A stretch of 63,722 nucleotides of DNA, counting the filler, from Octopus bimaculoides (Eukaryota), in the NCBI RefSeq assembly GCF_001194135.2. It is 6 parts of 6 records of this genome, joined end to end, with 100 filler letters (N's around TTAATTAATTAA, not from the genome) between each part and the next. Parts side by side here need not be neighbours in the genome. Positions count along the whole stretch, not along the records: positions 1 to 24,147 come from NC_068996.1; 5 more parts are not named here. One strand, given 5' to 3'. Shown piece by piece: positions 1 to 12,041 of this stretch (its first letter is position 1; every line of letters begins with the position of its first letter). The translations under genes and the position numbers were made by a program. The notes beneath the pieces are model-generated. The model ran no database searches and was not told the DNA's origin. It saw only the letters and a list, made by a program, of their open reading frames with translations.

Positions 1-261
1 TTTGCACCGAATCAGATATGTTGTTTGGCTTTGCAGTTTGGGATTATCTAATGTGTTTTAAGCTAAGAAAAGTTTCTAGTTTTAAGTATATTATTAGAAA
101 AAAAATATTAATTTGCTTTTTTGGCCCCTTTGGATTAAAAAAGAAATCCTTTTATTTGATACACTTCCTACAAAGAAAAATCTCTCTCACTGAAGAAGTC
201 TTGTCGAATGAAAGAGAACCAAAAGAAAATATATTTAATGTAAATTTTTGAATTTTATTAA

Positions 262-1553
262 TACGAGGGTCGGCTGAAAAGTTCGCAGGCTGAACAAGAT
301 ACTCTCATGGAATGTAATCAAATGAGGTTTATTTTTCATCATAGTCTGCCTTGCAGTTCACACACTTCTTCCATCGGTGTTGCAGTACTTGAATCTCATT
401 GGCGAAGAAGCTTTTATCCTGTTGCTAAAAAAAAGTCATCAACAACAGACATGATGTCACCATCACTGCAATACTGGTTCCCAGCCAAGTGTTTTTTCCT
501 TTTGGGGAACAGATGATAGATGAGGCCAAATAAGGACAATAGGCAAGGGATCAACCAGTTCAAAGCCTCAGCCACGCACAGCAGCCATTGAAATCAAAGA
601 CTTGTGTGCTGGAGCATTGTCCTCCTGAAACAAGAACCCTTTCGTCAGTTTTCCTGGGCGTTTGATCTTCATAGCCTTTCCTAAATGTCGCGGCAAGTTG
701 GCATAGTACTCTCCATTGATAGTGTGGGCCTTTTGGAGATAGAAATAAACACAATGCCTTTTGCATCCCAAAAACTGAGGCCAGCATCTTCCCTGCAGAC
801 GACTTTGGCCTTCTTTGGAGTGAATGAGGAGGGGTATTTCCACTGCATGGATTGTCTCTTTGTCTCTGGCTCAAAGTGATGAACTCAACATTCATCCTGA
901 GTTAGAAAACGTTCAAGGAAACCAGCTTGATTTGCCTGCAACAGTATCAGATTTTTCCGTGATGTGCCCAGCCTGGTGCGGTTTTGATCAGGTGTCAGAA
1001 GACATGGTACCCACCGAATAGAAACCTTCGTCATGCCAAGTTCATTGTGCAGAATATTCTCAACTCTCTCACGAATATGCTAATAGCATTGGCTATTTGA
1101 TTTATAGCCAATCGCCTGTCATCCATCACCATGTGGTGAACACGATCATTTTTTTCCCTCAATGGTGGCAGTTGTAGGACGTCCAGACATTGAGTAATCT
1201 TCAAGATTTTCCCTTCCTTTTCTAAATTCAGTTGCCCACTTTTGCATTATTGATAAAGCTGGAACGTCATCCCATAATGTAGCAACCATGTCAGCATGAA
1301 TGTCTTTGGGGGCTAAATTCTTTTTCTTCAGGTACTTGATAACACCAAGATGCCAAATTTTGTCCAATTTCAAGAGCAGTCGCTACTACTTACTTTTTAG
1401 GTGTTCTTCGAAGAGTCAGATGTCAATTTACCTGCAAAGAAATAAATCAGCAATTAATAAGAAGACTTGAAATTAATGTATGCAAGATTTCACAGCTCTA
1501 GCATCACTCCTTCATAGTCAGCCTATGAATCTTTCAGTCAGTCTACCCTCGTA
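262..1553 (-). mobile_element. Full-length but inactivated mariner DNA transposon (~1.29 kb) with TA target-site duplication
   Basis: Imperfect TIRs TA-CGAGGGTCGGCTGAAAAGTTCGCAGGCTGA (262-) and TCAGCCTATGAATCTTTCAGTCAGTCTACCCTCG-TA (-1553). Minus-strand transposase pieces: N-terminal HTH (GVIKYLKKKNLAPKDIHADMVATL...SGRP, 1373-1146) and catalytic region (HTINGEYYANL...KRPGKLTKG...EDNAPAHKS, 843-568), broken by frameshifts and stops. Confidence 0.92.
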
Positions 1554-1708
1554 TATAATTAGTTTTACTATACATCGTATAACGCCCTGTACCCCATCCT
1601 CGTCTTAGTATGAATTATTCATCTCGCCCTACGTTTTTGTTATGTCACTTGTTCAACGTTTCTGTGCATTTTCGATTTTTTTCTGCATTTCTTCAAGCCC
1701 TTGTCGCT

Positions 1709-1869
1709 TAAGGCGGTCAGCTGGCAGAATCGTTAGTACGCAGTGCAAAATGACTGGCAACATTTCGTCCGTCTTTACGGCGGAATTTGAACTCAGAATG
1801 TAGTAGCAGACGAAATGCCTCCTAGCATTTCGCCCGGCGTGCTAACGATTCAGCCAGATCGTCGCCTTA
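1709..1869. mobile_element. Two inverted 5' halves of a tRNA-derived SINE (family A) fused into a fold-back
   Basis: 1709-1778 is the plus-strand head (AAGGCGGTCAGCTGGCAGAATCGTTAG). 1779-1869 is the minus-strand head with a B-box-like GAGTTCAAATTCC. The same head occurs at 37295-37499 and 56431-56638. Confidence 0.8.
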
Positions 1870-1871
1870 CC

Positions 1872-2236
<365 letters not shown>

Positions 2237-2550
2237 GAAAGAAAAGGCATCAGAGGGGTGATGCATACCCTACGCGCAGATAAATTTCTTCGCAAATTAT
2301 GGTGTGGCTTACAATGCGTTGCTTATCCATGCTTTTTAATTGAACTGAATTAATTTGTTGTTGTTTTTTAAGTATCACCACTATAGGTATTTATATTCCG
2401 GTGAAATTAAGAAAACAAGCCGTAAATAAATGAAACCCTCGAATCCATCACTGTACACACACAGCCGCATATGTATGTATGTACGCACACATGTCTACGT
2501 GCATAGGTACACCATGATCTATACATACGCAGACGAGGGTCGAATCAAAT

Positions 2551-3099
2551 GATATATATATTTATATATATATATAACGGAGGATGTCTGTGTGTTTGTG
2601 CGTGGGCTTGCGCATTACGTCAACACCGTTTATCCGATTTTCACCAAATTTCACACACATATATTTTAGTCCATGGAGCGTTCCTGGTATATCGATTTTT
2701 CAAATTGTGTTTACTTTGAGCACAAGGCGGGGTAAACCGACTTAAAAAAGACATTTCTGGGTTTATCTCCGGAATCATACACCCAATTTTTCTCAAATTG
2801 AAATAAACATGTATTAGGCTCTCGGTCACAGGTTGCAAAATAATGCATGCTTTTATGGCACTCTCTTTGAGAGATAGAACAATTCGAAAAATAGCACTTC
2901 TTTGCAGCGCCTACAGTCTAGCCATATAGTTTTTGGTGTGGAAAGTAGCTCATGAATCGGGCATACTTCTGAAGTAGTGTCTTCTTTTCTCAACCAATCG
3001 AGTATATGCTTTTTTGTCCTTTTACCTAAAAAGTCAAATGATATTGGGCATGCAGCGATGAACAATTGTAACACGGGCAACGCCGGGATTTACTGCTAG
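2551..3099 (+). mobile_element. Non-autonomous Helitron-like element
   Basis: 3' end has a hairpin-like CACGGGCAACGCCGGG followed ~9 nt later by CTAG then T. Related ends occur at 23807 and 38371. The 5' TC terminus is not clearly seen. Confidence 0.6.
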
Positions 3100-3457
3100 T
3101 ATATATATATATTGTGTACTGTTGCTAAGATCATCAAGAAAAAAGTACTTTATCTGGTGATAGATAAATAGTATTTAATAGACATAATACATGTTTTTAT
3201 GTGCTAGTAATAGATTCTTGTACTGAGAACATTCCGAAACGATGCAAACCCTGCGCACACATAAATTCTTTCGCAAAAAAATCTGCACAATCAAAATATT
3301 TTGATTCACCCGTCCGCCATTTTTGAAGATAATCAAACCAAATTTTCATCATTTTGAGCCACTCATCCAATCACTATTTCTACCAAATTTGGTGAAAATA
3401 CATTCAGTCACTTTTCAGTAATTTTGCAAACACACAGACACAGACAAAGACGCAGAG

Positions 3458-3459
<2 letters not shown>

Positions 3460-3528
<69 letters not shown>
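3460..3528. repeat. (AAT)n microsatellite
   Basis: Direct read. Confidence 0.97.
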
Positions 3529-3530
<2 letters not shown>

Positions 3531-3642
3531 TTTTGGTACAGGGCTTCGAATTTACTAGCCTTGTGCCAAAATTTGTAAAAACAGACGAAATACCGAAGCA
3601 GTTTACTCAACGTGCTGATGGCTCTGCCAGCTTGTCAGCTTA
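3529..3642. mobile_element. Rearranged SINE family A fragments (tail-to-tail hairpin plus minus-strand head)
   Basis: AAATTTTGGTACAGGGC and GCCTTGTGCCAAAATTT form inverted arms, followed by the reverse complement of the head (GACGAAATACCG...CTCTGCCAGCTTG). Confidence 0.6.
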
Positions 3643-4111
3643 GTTGGCAACAATATTAACAATATGATGTATTGATAACTGGACAATAAGAATAATAAGG
3701 TAAAATAATAAACAATTATTTCTTTTATTGTTGTACTTGACGTAGATAAAGCTATAAATAATAGGGTGTAAATATTGGATTAAAAACCCTTTGGATAGGA
3801 AAGGCCTAGGTTTTATCTACTTTTAGTACAAGCATTAGAAAGGAATTATTTCACGTTCTCTTGAAATTTCTAAATTTTTATGACGTAGATAAATAGATAT
3901 CACACTAACTTCAATTGCTGTATCAAAATGCTTCAGATAATGAAATCAGCTGAGTGAAAATATTCTTTGGTATGACACGCCATACCGCAGGAGGTAACCA
4001 GGTCATAACATTACTGGGATCATAACATCTCATTCATACCTACGAAGCTAACTAGATTATGATATGTCATATTACTGGAGATAGCTGGATCACTCAAAAT
4101 CATACGGATAT

Positions 4112-4945
4112 TACAGGGCTATAAAACCGGACTAGTTATGTTCAATAAAAAAAAATTAACTTATTTATCTAAGTTAAAACATCATTTCCTTCGAAGTAGT
4201 CAACTTGCGCAGCAATTCACCAGTCCCAGAGTTCCTCACACTTTTGGAATTTGGCCTGGAAGTTGTTTTCCGTAAATGAGTCGAGGACCTTCTGCGATTT
4301 GGTCTGGATCTCGATAGCAGTGTTAAAACGGCGACCTTTGAGCTGCATTCTCATCTTGAGGATGATACGGAAGTCTGCAGGTACTAAATCTGGCGAATGG
4401 GGCGGGTGTAGAAGCAATACCATGTTGCTTTTGATGAGAAACTCACGAGTGAGGAGAGATCGGTGCTAGGGTGCATTGTCATCGTGAAGAATCTAATTCC
4501 TCACACTTCACAGATCCGGTCTCTTTCGCCGAATGTCTTCTCCCAGACGCTTCAAAACGTCGCAGTAGAACTCTCGATCGGCGGTCTGGTCCTGGGAGAC
4601 GAATTCTCGATGCGCAATACTGCAGATGTCGAAAAAAATCATGAGCGTGCTCTTGATTGAACTGAGAATCTGTCGTGCCTTTTGAAGCACCCATACCATT
4701 CGAAACATTGCGTACGACCCATTGCCTCCTCGCCGTAAGCTTGCTGAAGCATGCTCAATGTTTCTGTAGCAGACTCCCCAAGTTTAACGCAAAATTTCAC
4801 GTTGGCTCTCTGTTCCAATTTCCTGTCCATGACTAAAATCGCAGTCTACAGCAAAAACATAAGTTTCACTACTTGCGAAGTAAACAGCTATGTCACTCGG
4901 CACGCTGCCCCATGAAGGACACTGCTAGCTCTCACTACGCATGCA
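4112..4945 (-). mobile_element. Internally deleted mariner transposon, second family
   Basis: Minus-strand MDRKLEQRANVKFCVKLGESATETLSMLQQAYG...WY (4830-4680) abuts the catalytic region (MIFFD...FYCDVLKRL...RRKRPDL and HPPHSPDLVPADF...LKGRRF). The middle of the transposase is missing. Confidence 0.88.
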
Positions 4946-5359
4946 ACTGTGAGATCTAGTTAAATTGATTCACAGAATCTGCATTTTTTAAAAAAGGAAG
5001 TGAAAAATCTGAAAATCGGTTATATTGATGTAGTTTCTAACTCTTATTGTAGTGAATCCATGATCTTGTGAGAAAAAAAAAATGAGAAAAAAGTTACAGA
5101 GGTTTAAAAATCGACAAAACTGTATTTTTAGCCAATAGTGAAACAGCGGTGTCTACTTAGCAGTGTCAACTTTAAGGTTGTACCTTGTGAAATTTATAGT
5201 TTAGCGTCTGTGAAATGACCTGTTATCTGTGTTTACTTTATGCGTATTTTCAGTATTATGTATACCTGTCATGTACATCATTAATATATAAATGTGGATG
5301 TATGTATTCATATATAAGTTTATATGTACATGTGAATCGATTTAACTAGATTCCATACA

Positions 5360-5620
5360 CAAAATACATACATGTATACACATATACACACACATATACA
5401 CACATGCACACACATACACACACATGAATGCACATATATACCCACACACACAAAACACATACATGCACACACATATACACACATACACACATGAACACAC
5501 ACACGCACGACATACACACGAACGCACATATACCTCATCACACACAACACCCACACATACATGGACATACACATACACACACATACATACACGCAAACAC
5601 ACACACATACACACACACAC
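5360..5620. repeat. Degenerate (CA)n/(CATA)n low-complexity tract
   Basis: Direct read. Confidence 0.9.
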
Positions 5621-5664
5621 GTGCGGCACAGATGCAGGTGAAGTGAAATGCAAAACAACGTGCG

Positions 5665-5678
5665 GTTGTCATGGTAAC
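5665..5678. promoter_or_regulatory. RFX X-box-like motif with a nearby inverted CCAAT box (5706-5710)
   Basis: GTTGTCATGGTAAC fits the X-box consensus GTHNYYATRRNAAC; TGATTGGCT follows ~27 bp later. Motif match only. Confidence 0.35.
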
Positions 5679-6029
5679 AAGCTGTTAATGCCTCGCTGTC
5701 TGTTGATTGGCTAAAATTATCCAGATTTCCCAAATTTAATTCTAAATAACATCAGATTCTTTAATTTACGAAATAAAGTAATTGGTTAATCATAATCAAA
5801 ATATAGAGTTGCATCGATACACCAAAATTGAAAGCAATCTGAGCAAAATTAAAGAGGCTGGTTTTGTGAATCAATTTAACTAAGTTCCAACTGTGTGCTG
5901 CCATCTATTGGCGCGCTACAGAAGTCCGGGAACTTTTTTATACCACATCAATGTCATACGGGCCTGCACCTATGTATGCGTAATTATGCGTAAATGTGTA
6001 TATACATATCTTTATTTTCTTTTTCTTTT

Positions 6030-6430
6030 TTTTCAGTCGTTAGGCTGTGGCCATGCTGGGGCACCGCCTTGAAGGTTTTTAGTCAAACAAATTGACCCCA
6101 GTACTTGTTTTTTCATTTTAAAATTTGGTACTTATTCTCTGGGGTCATTTTGCCGAACCGCTAAATTCCAGGTCATAAACAAACCAACACTGGTTGTAAA
6201 GCTGTGGTGGGAGACAAACAAATACAAACACAAAGATACACACATACACACATAGATGCACACACCCACACACATATACGATGGGCTTCTTTCAGTTTCC
6301 GTCTACCAAATTCACTCCCAAGGCTTTAGTCAGGCCAATAGTGGAAGACACTTTCCCAAGTTTCGATGCGGTTGGACTGAAACCAGAATCATGTGGTTGC
6401 GAATCAAACCTCTTATTACACAACCACATC
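6030..6430 (-). mobile_element. tRNA-derived SINE family B, near full length
   Basis: Tail GGCCATGCTGGGGCACCGCC, internal CA tract and body TTCAGTTTCCGTCTACCAAATTCACTC, all matching the 53331-53678 copy. Confidence 0.88.
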
Positions 6431-6980
6431 AATGTCTATCCATACAACCATGCTTGCACCTATATACGTATGCATTCGTTTTGCGTACAGGACCAGAAGG
6501 CAAGACACAATAATAGGTGAGTGTGTTCGTTATGATAAATAATTTCTAGAACGCAGGGCTATCAATTGCATGTCAGCATTAAACATTTAATTTTCACAGT
6601 ATGAAAAGCCATGCCACTAAGGTTATAAAACCTATTCCAGAATTAAATTGAATAGCGATGGATCATGCAGTGTGGTATTGAACATGATCAGAATCACAAC
6701 CCATTCTGCATGTCTCCAATCCTATTCAGTTTTTAATTAGTTCTCATTTTAGAATTGTCTACCTCGCTTTTTGTTTTCTATTTTACAAGAATTATCCTGA
6801 AATAACTCCCAAGAATTATTTTTGAGATCTAGAGTATCAACAAACAGGTGTTTAAATGAGTTACGCAGTAAGTTCAGTGACAACATCTTTTCAAAACTAT
6901 ATTTCCCCTGTGAAACTCTTTTGTTGGTTGTTACAAAACTATCGAACGGCGAATCACTTAGAGGAGACCTGATACTCTCT

Positions 6981-7180
6981 CTTTACTTGTTTCAGACATT
7001 TGACTGCGGCCATGCTGGAGCACCACCTTTANNNNNNNNNNNNNNNNNNNNNNNNNNNNNNNNNNNNNNNNNNNNNNNNNNNNNNNNNNNNNNNNNNNNN
7101 NNNNNNNNNNNNNNNNNNNNNNNNNNNNNNNTGTGGCTGGTAAGCAAGCTACTTACCACACAGCCACTCCTACGCCTATA
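6981..7180 (-). mobile_element. SINE family B spanning an assembly gap
   Basis: Tail TTACTTGTTTCAGACATTTGACTGCGGCCATGCTGGAGCACC lies before the gap; head TGTGGCTGGTAAGCAAGCTACTTACCACACAGCCACTCC lies after it. Confidence 0.85.
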
Positions 7181-7287
7181 GACCTGATAGTCTGTTACTA
7201 GTACAGAAAGTTCACCGATCTTCAGGCTTAGTCTGAAGTTCGGCTTAGTCTGAATCGAATGCAGTAATTATCAAAAGTAACTGTTTT

Positions 7288-7712
7288 ATGTTTTACTTGT
7301 TTCAGTCATTAGACTACGGCAATGCTGGAGCACTGCGTTGAAGATTTTTTTTAGTCAAATGAATCTAACCCGGTATTTATTACCTTTTTCGTTTGAGCCT
7401 GGTATTATTCTGTCGTTCTCTTTTGTCGAACCGTTAAGTTGGTGTGTAAACACACCAACACCGGTTATCAAACGGTGGTGAGGTACACACACACACACAC
7501 ACACACACAATCACACAAACACTCACACACACACTCACACACACACATACACACACATATACGAAGGCTTCTTTCAGTTTCTGTCTACTAAATCCACTCA
7601 CAAAGCATTGGTCGGCCTTAGGCTATAGTAGAAGACACTGTCCCAAGGTGCCACACAGTGGGACTGAGCCCAGAACCATGTAGCCTGGAAACAAGGATCT
7701 TACCACACAGCC
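7288..7712 (-). mobile_element. SINE family B, near full length
   Basis: Collinear with 6030-6430 and 53331-53678. Confidence 0.88.
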
Positions 7713-8471
7713 AATATCAGTACATATATGTAACTTGGCTAAGGATGCAGCCCTTATCAGAGTATATATTATGTGCTATGTAACAGCATTGGAGCACTTT
7801 AGCTCCTATTTCTAAGCAATGTAGGTGTATTGACACCCTGAGTCAAGTTTAGTTGACGACTATAATTTTCCTTTACAGTATATTAAAGGATGTGTTATAA
7901 TACTATTCCACAGTCATACCAACAATCCAACATAGCTGCCCCACGGATATCATTATGGTTTCGACACCTGGGCAGTAACATTCAATCCGGCAGTGTCAAC
8001 AGCACTAAAATAAGTGGTGTTTGGGAACAAACAAACCAAAGGAACCACAACTTTCAAACACATTTACCCAATATACAACCGTATCGATAAATAAATTCCA
8101 TAAGTAAATTACAACCCCTCCTAAATAACTAAACGGCGACAACTCTATTAATTTATTTAAAAAATGATAATCCCTACCACCTTCCGTAGTGTAATATAAA
8201 AGTAAAGCTTAATAACCACATTATTTCAGTCAATCAATATGTTGGCAGGATTAAACACTAACCTTACTAAAACTACAAGAGACATTTAAACCAATGTACT
8301 TTGTATCGGTATTAATAGTAAACTGCAANNNNNNNNNNNNNNNNNNNNNNNNNNNNNNNNNNNNNNNNNNNNNNNNNNNNNNNNNNNNNNNNNNNNNNNN
8401 NNNNNNNNNNNNNNNNNNNNNNNNNNNNNNNNNNNNNNNNNNNNNNNNNNNNTATATATATATATATATAT

Positions 8472-8625
8472 GACAGGTGTCTTTCAGTTTCCCTCTACTA
8501 TATCCACTCACAAGGCTATGGTTAGCCTGAGGCTGTAGTAGAATGAGCTTGCACAAGCTACCACGCAGTGGGACTGAACCCGGAACCATGTAGCTGGGAA
8601 GCAAGCGTTTTTACCACGCAGTCAC
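8472..8625 (-). mobile_element. SINE family B, 5' half
   Basis: ATCCACTCACAAGGCT...GCAGTGGGACTGAACCCGGAACCATG is the reverse complement of the A/B-box head. Confidence 0.8.
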
Positions 8626-9300
8626 GCAGTCACACACGCATCTAGTTATTTAATTATTTAAATCAATTCTTACGTCACATCTTCAGTACTTGTTGTCTAC
8701 CAACACTCGAACCATAAACAGAGACAAAAGCTGAAATTGTTTAAGTGACTTCTTTGTGAATCGATCTAGTGTATAGATTGATGACATCAGTCTTTAGTGT
8801 AAGATTAACTTAGTACATTCTAAAACAATCAACCACAGACGGCAACATGTATATGTACTTTCGTGAAACATCAAATTCCGTTATTTGCAAGTAAACAAAA
8901 ATATAATTAATAGATATGCGCATAAAGGTAATTTTTGTAAAGGCCAGTTTACTGATCTGTATGACACCAGTTTGTTAATCTATTACTGGAATAGTAAAGG
9001 ACAATCCATGTCCCAGTAAATGTTACTAACTGATGCGAACATATAAGAATTTGACATTTCACACTAGGTTGACTATGAAACAAAATAAAAAGTAAAACAA
9101 AGAAAACGAAGCAATTATAAAACCATAACGTTATTTCTCGAATAAAAAGACTAGAAATGTACAAATTAAAGACGCAATTTAATGTAAGAAACATGACAAT
9201 TTAGTTTTTAAAGCTGATGGAATTTTATTAATGCTTCATAAAACAAACCATTTTAAAAGAGCATTTTTTAAATAGAATTTACTCGTAAACAACCGAATTA

Positions 9301-9580
9301 ATATGGCGGCACTGAACTATAAAACGATAAGTCAGATAACAGGATTATTGAAGGAGCCTCTATGTGATCACTTGATTCGCAAGAAATAGCAGTAAAATCA
9401 ACTTCATATCTCACCCTACTCTATATTTTAAAAAATAAATGAAGTATACATTGGAAAATATGATCACAGATGTGCTATACCCGACTAAAGACGAGGTGGT
9501 CACAGCTGAAATGACTTTCGTTATAGGTCTGCTATACCAGGGTTGACTTGTGTTGTTGCACAACAACAACGACGACGACG
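9301..9580 (+). repeat. Diverged interspersed repeat ending in (CAA)n, SINE/LINE-tail-like (family D)
   Basis: Ends ATAGGTCTGCTATACCAGGGTTGACTTGTG...CAACAACAAC. Only one clear copy in the window, so the family assignment is tentative. Confidence 0.4.
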
Positions 9581-9772
9581 AAAGGAAACGCAGATTGAAT
9601 AATATTCAGGTCAGGTTGTTTCATGCATCAATTTTAATGTTAATAAAAGTCCACATATCATAAAGTTTGCTGTTATCATGCGTACACATATATAGCCAGC
9701 AGTACCATATTTACTTTTGTCTCACCTACACAAATTCTGGGTGTTGCTGTTTTAAACATATATAAGAATCGT

Positions 9773-10157
9773 TGTTGGCACTCCGTCGCTTACGACGTCG
9801 AGGGTTCCGGTTGATCCGATCAACGGAACAGCCTGCTCGTGAAATTAACGTGCAAGTGGCTGAGCACTCCACAGACACGTGTACCCTTAACGTAGTTCTC
9901 GGGGATATTCAGCGTGACACAGAGTGTGACAAGGCTGACCCGTTGAATTACAGGCACAACAGAAACAGGAAGAAAGAGTGAGAGAAAGTTGTGGTGAAAG
10001 AATACAGCAGGGTTCGCCACCATCCCCTGCCGGAGCCTCGTGGAGCTTTAGGGGTTTTTCGCTCAATAAACACTCACAACGCCCGGTCTGAGAATCGAAA
10101 CCGCGATCCTATGACCACGAGTTCGCTGCCCTAACCACTGGGCCATTGCATCTCCAC
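9773..10157 (-). mobile_element. Full-length tRNA-derived SINE (family E, tail type 1) with a 12-bp TSD
   Basis: Minus-strand head GTGGAGATGCAATGGCCCAGTGGTTAGGGCAGC...GGTTTCGATTCTC (A and B boxes). The direct repeat TATAAGAATCGT is at 9761-9772 and 10158-10169. Confidence 0.92.
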
Positions 10158-10643
10158 TATAAGAATCGTAAGCCGTGTCTTTTATACAATCAGAAACTGT
10201 TCACCACGGTAAACTAACATTCTCAAACAATCTGATTTATCCTGAAGTCAAACTTCATGCAACATCATTTCTTCATTCTTTAACAAATTCACCTTCGACG
10301 TGTGTGTCTAATATCTTTACCATTAATTTACACGAATTTTAAACTTATTTGCATTATGGAAATATTTTCGCTAATGTGTATTTTAAAAACTGATCGCCGT
10401 TAGCACAAAGATTATTTTAAAAACGCTTATTTTTCTAAAGGCAGAAACCTTTTCATTGTTTTTTTTTATGTACTCCATATGCTTGGCCCAATATTGGCTC
10501 TCAAGATTGTACTTTATTTAAACTGCAAATGAATCTTAACAAATAAGATACTCAAACATTTTCCATTTGCTTTCTATGAACAAATAATTATCTTGTCCAT
10601 TTCTCACCGAACAAAGAGCTCTCAGCGTCTGCTATTTTCCCTT

Positions 10644-10764
<121 letters not shown>

Positions 10765-11200
10765 TTACTTTTATGCACTTTACGATGTTGATTTTAAAAT
10801 ATTTAATAAAAATAGGCAATGAACCATAAATGCTGCTAGCATTCAAAATTATTGCATTTAATTTGTGATGACGCAACAGACAAAATAACTCAGAAAAAAA
10901 AAATAACCAACTTAAATTCACACTGACTGCTACTCATCACTACTAACAATAGCTAAACAGACAAGAAAAATGGCCGCTAGTGATTTTATTTTTGCAGGGA
11001 TGATAGTGATGTGGGGTGGGGAACATATGCTTAAATGCTAATTGGTTGCAATAAGGATGTGACTACCACGTCATCATTTCATATGTATTCCGACTCGTGA
11101 TTAATGTCACAAGACAAGCATTACGCCTAACAGACATTTATTTATGCCTTATAGGACGTTAAAAGCAATTTATATTATATTACTGGTTTAGTTTTAAGGC

Positions 11201-11221
11201 AATTATTATTATTATTATTAC

Positions 11222-11263
<42 letters not shown>
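11201..11263. repeat. (TTA)n microsatellite
   Basis: Direct read. Confidence 0.96.
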
Positions 11264-11264
<1 letters not shown>

Positions 11265-11998
11265 TGGTGTGTTTTACTGTACGATTTTTAAAACATTTAG
11301 TCAGTGAGAGATTTCAAATTGAATACAGGGGAAAGTTTGCCTGCAGGCATGAGTTGCTCCCGTTTCTAGCGTAGAAACTGCTTCGCTGGCTCGCTTTTAT
11401 TTCACGTAGTTGTCATCAGAAAGCATTTTCATTTTAAAGAAAATCAGTTTAACGATTTTAGCTCACGCTTGTAAGTAATATGTTTACATTCAATAGGTCG
11501 GCATATACATTGTATAGAGCTACCTGCTTAAGTTATGTCNNNNNNNNNNNNNNNNNNNNNNNNNNNNNNNNNNNNNNNNNNNNNNNNNNNNNNNNNNNNN
11601 NNNNNNNNNNNNNNNNNNNNNNNNNNNNNNNNNNNNNNNNNNNNNNNNNNNNNNNNNNNNNNNNNNNNNNNNNNNNNNNNNNNNNNNNNNNNNNNNNNNN
11701 NNNNNNNNNNNNNNNNNNNNNNNNNNNNNNNNNNNNNNNNNNNNNNNNNNNNNNNNNNNNNNNNNNNNNNNNNNNNNNNNNNNNNNNNNNNNNNNNNNNN
11801 NNNNNNNNNNNNNNNNNNNNNNNNNNNNNNNNNNNNNNNNNNNNNNNNNNNNNNNNNNNNNNNNNNNNNNNNNNNNNNNNNNNNNNNNNNNNNNNNNNNN
11901 NNNNNNNNNNNNNNNNNNNNNNNNNNNNNNNNACACACATACACACATACACACACACACTCAAACACACGCGCGCGCACACACACACACACTCAAAC

Positions 11999-12041
<43 letters not shown>

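Noticed and set aside
10080-10157. tRNA-like sequences with A and B boxes (also ~25160-25238)
   Set aside because: They are SINE heads continuing into repeat bodies, not tRNA genes.
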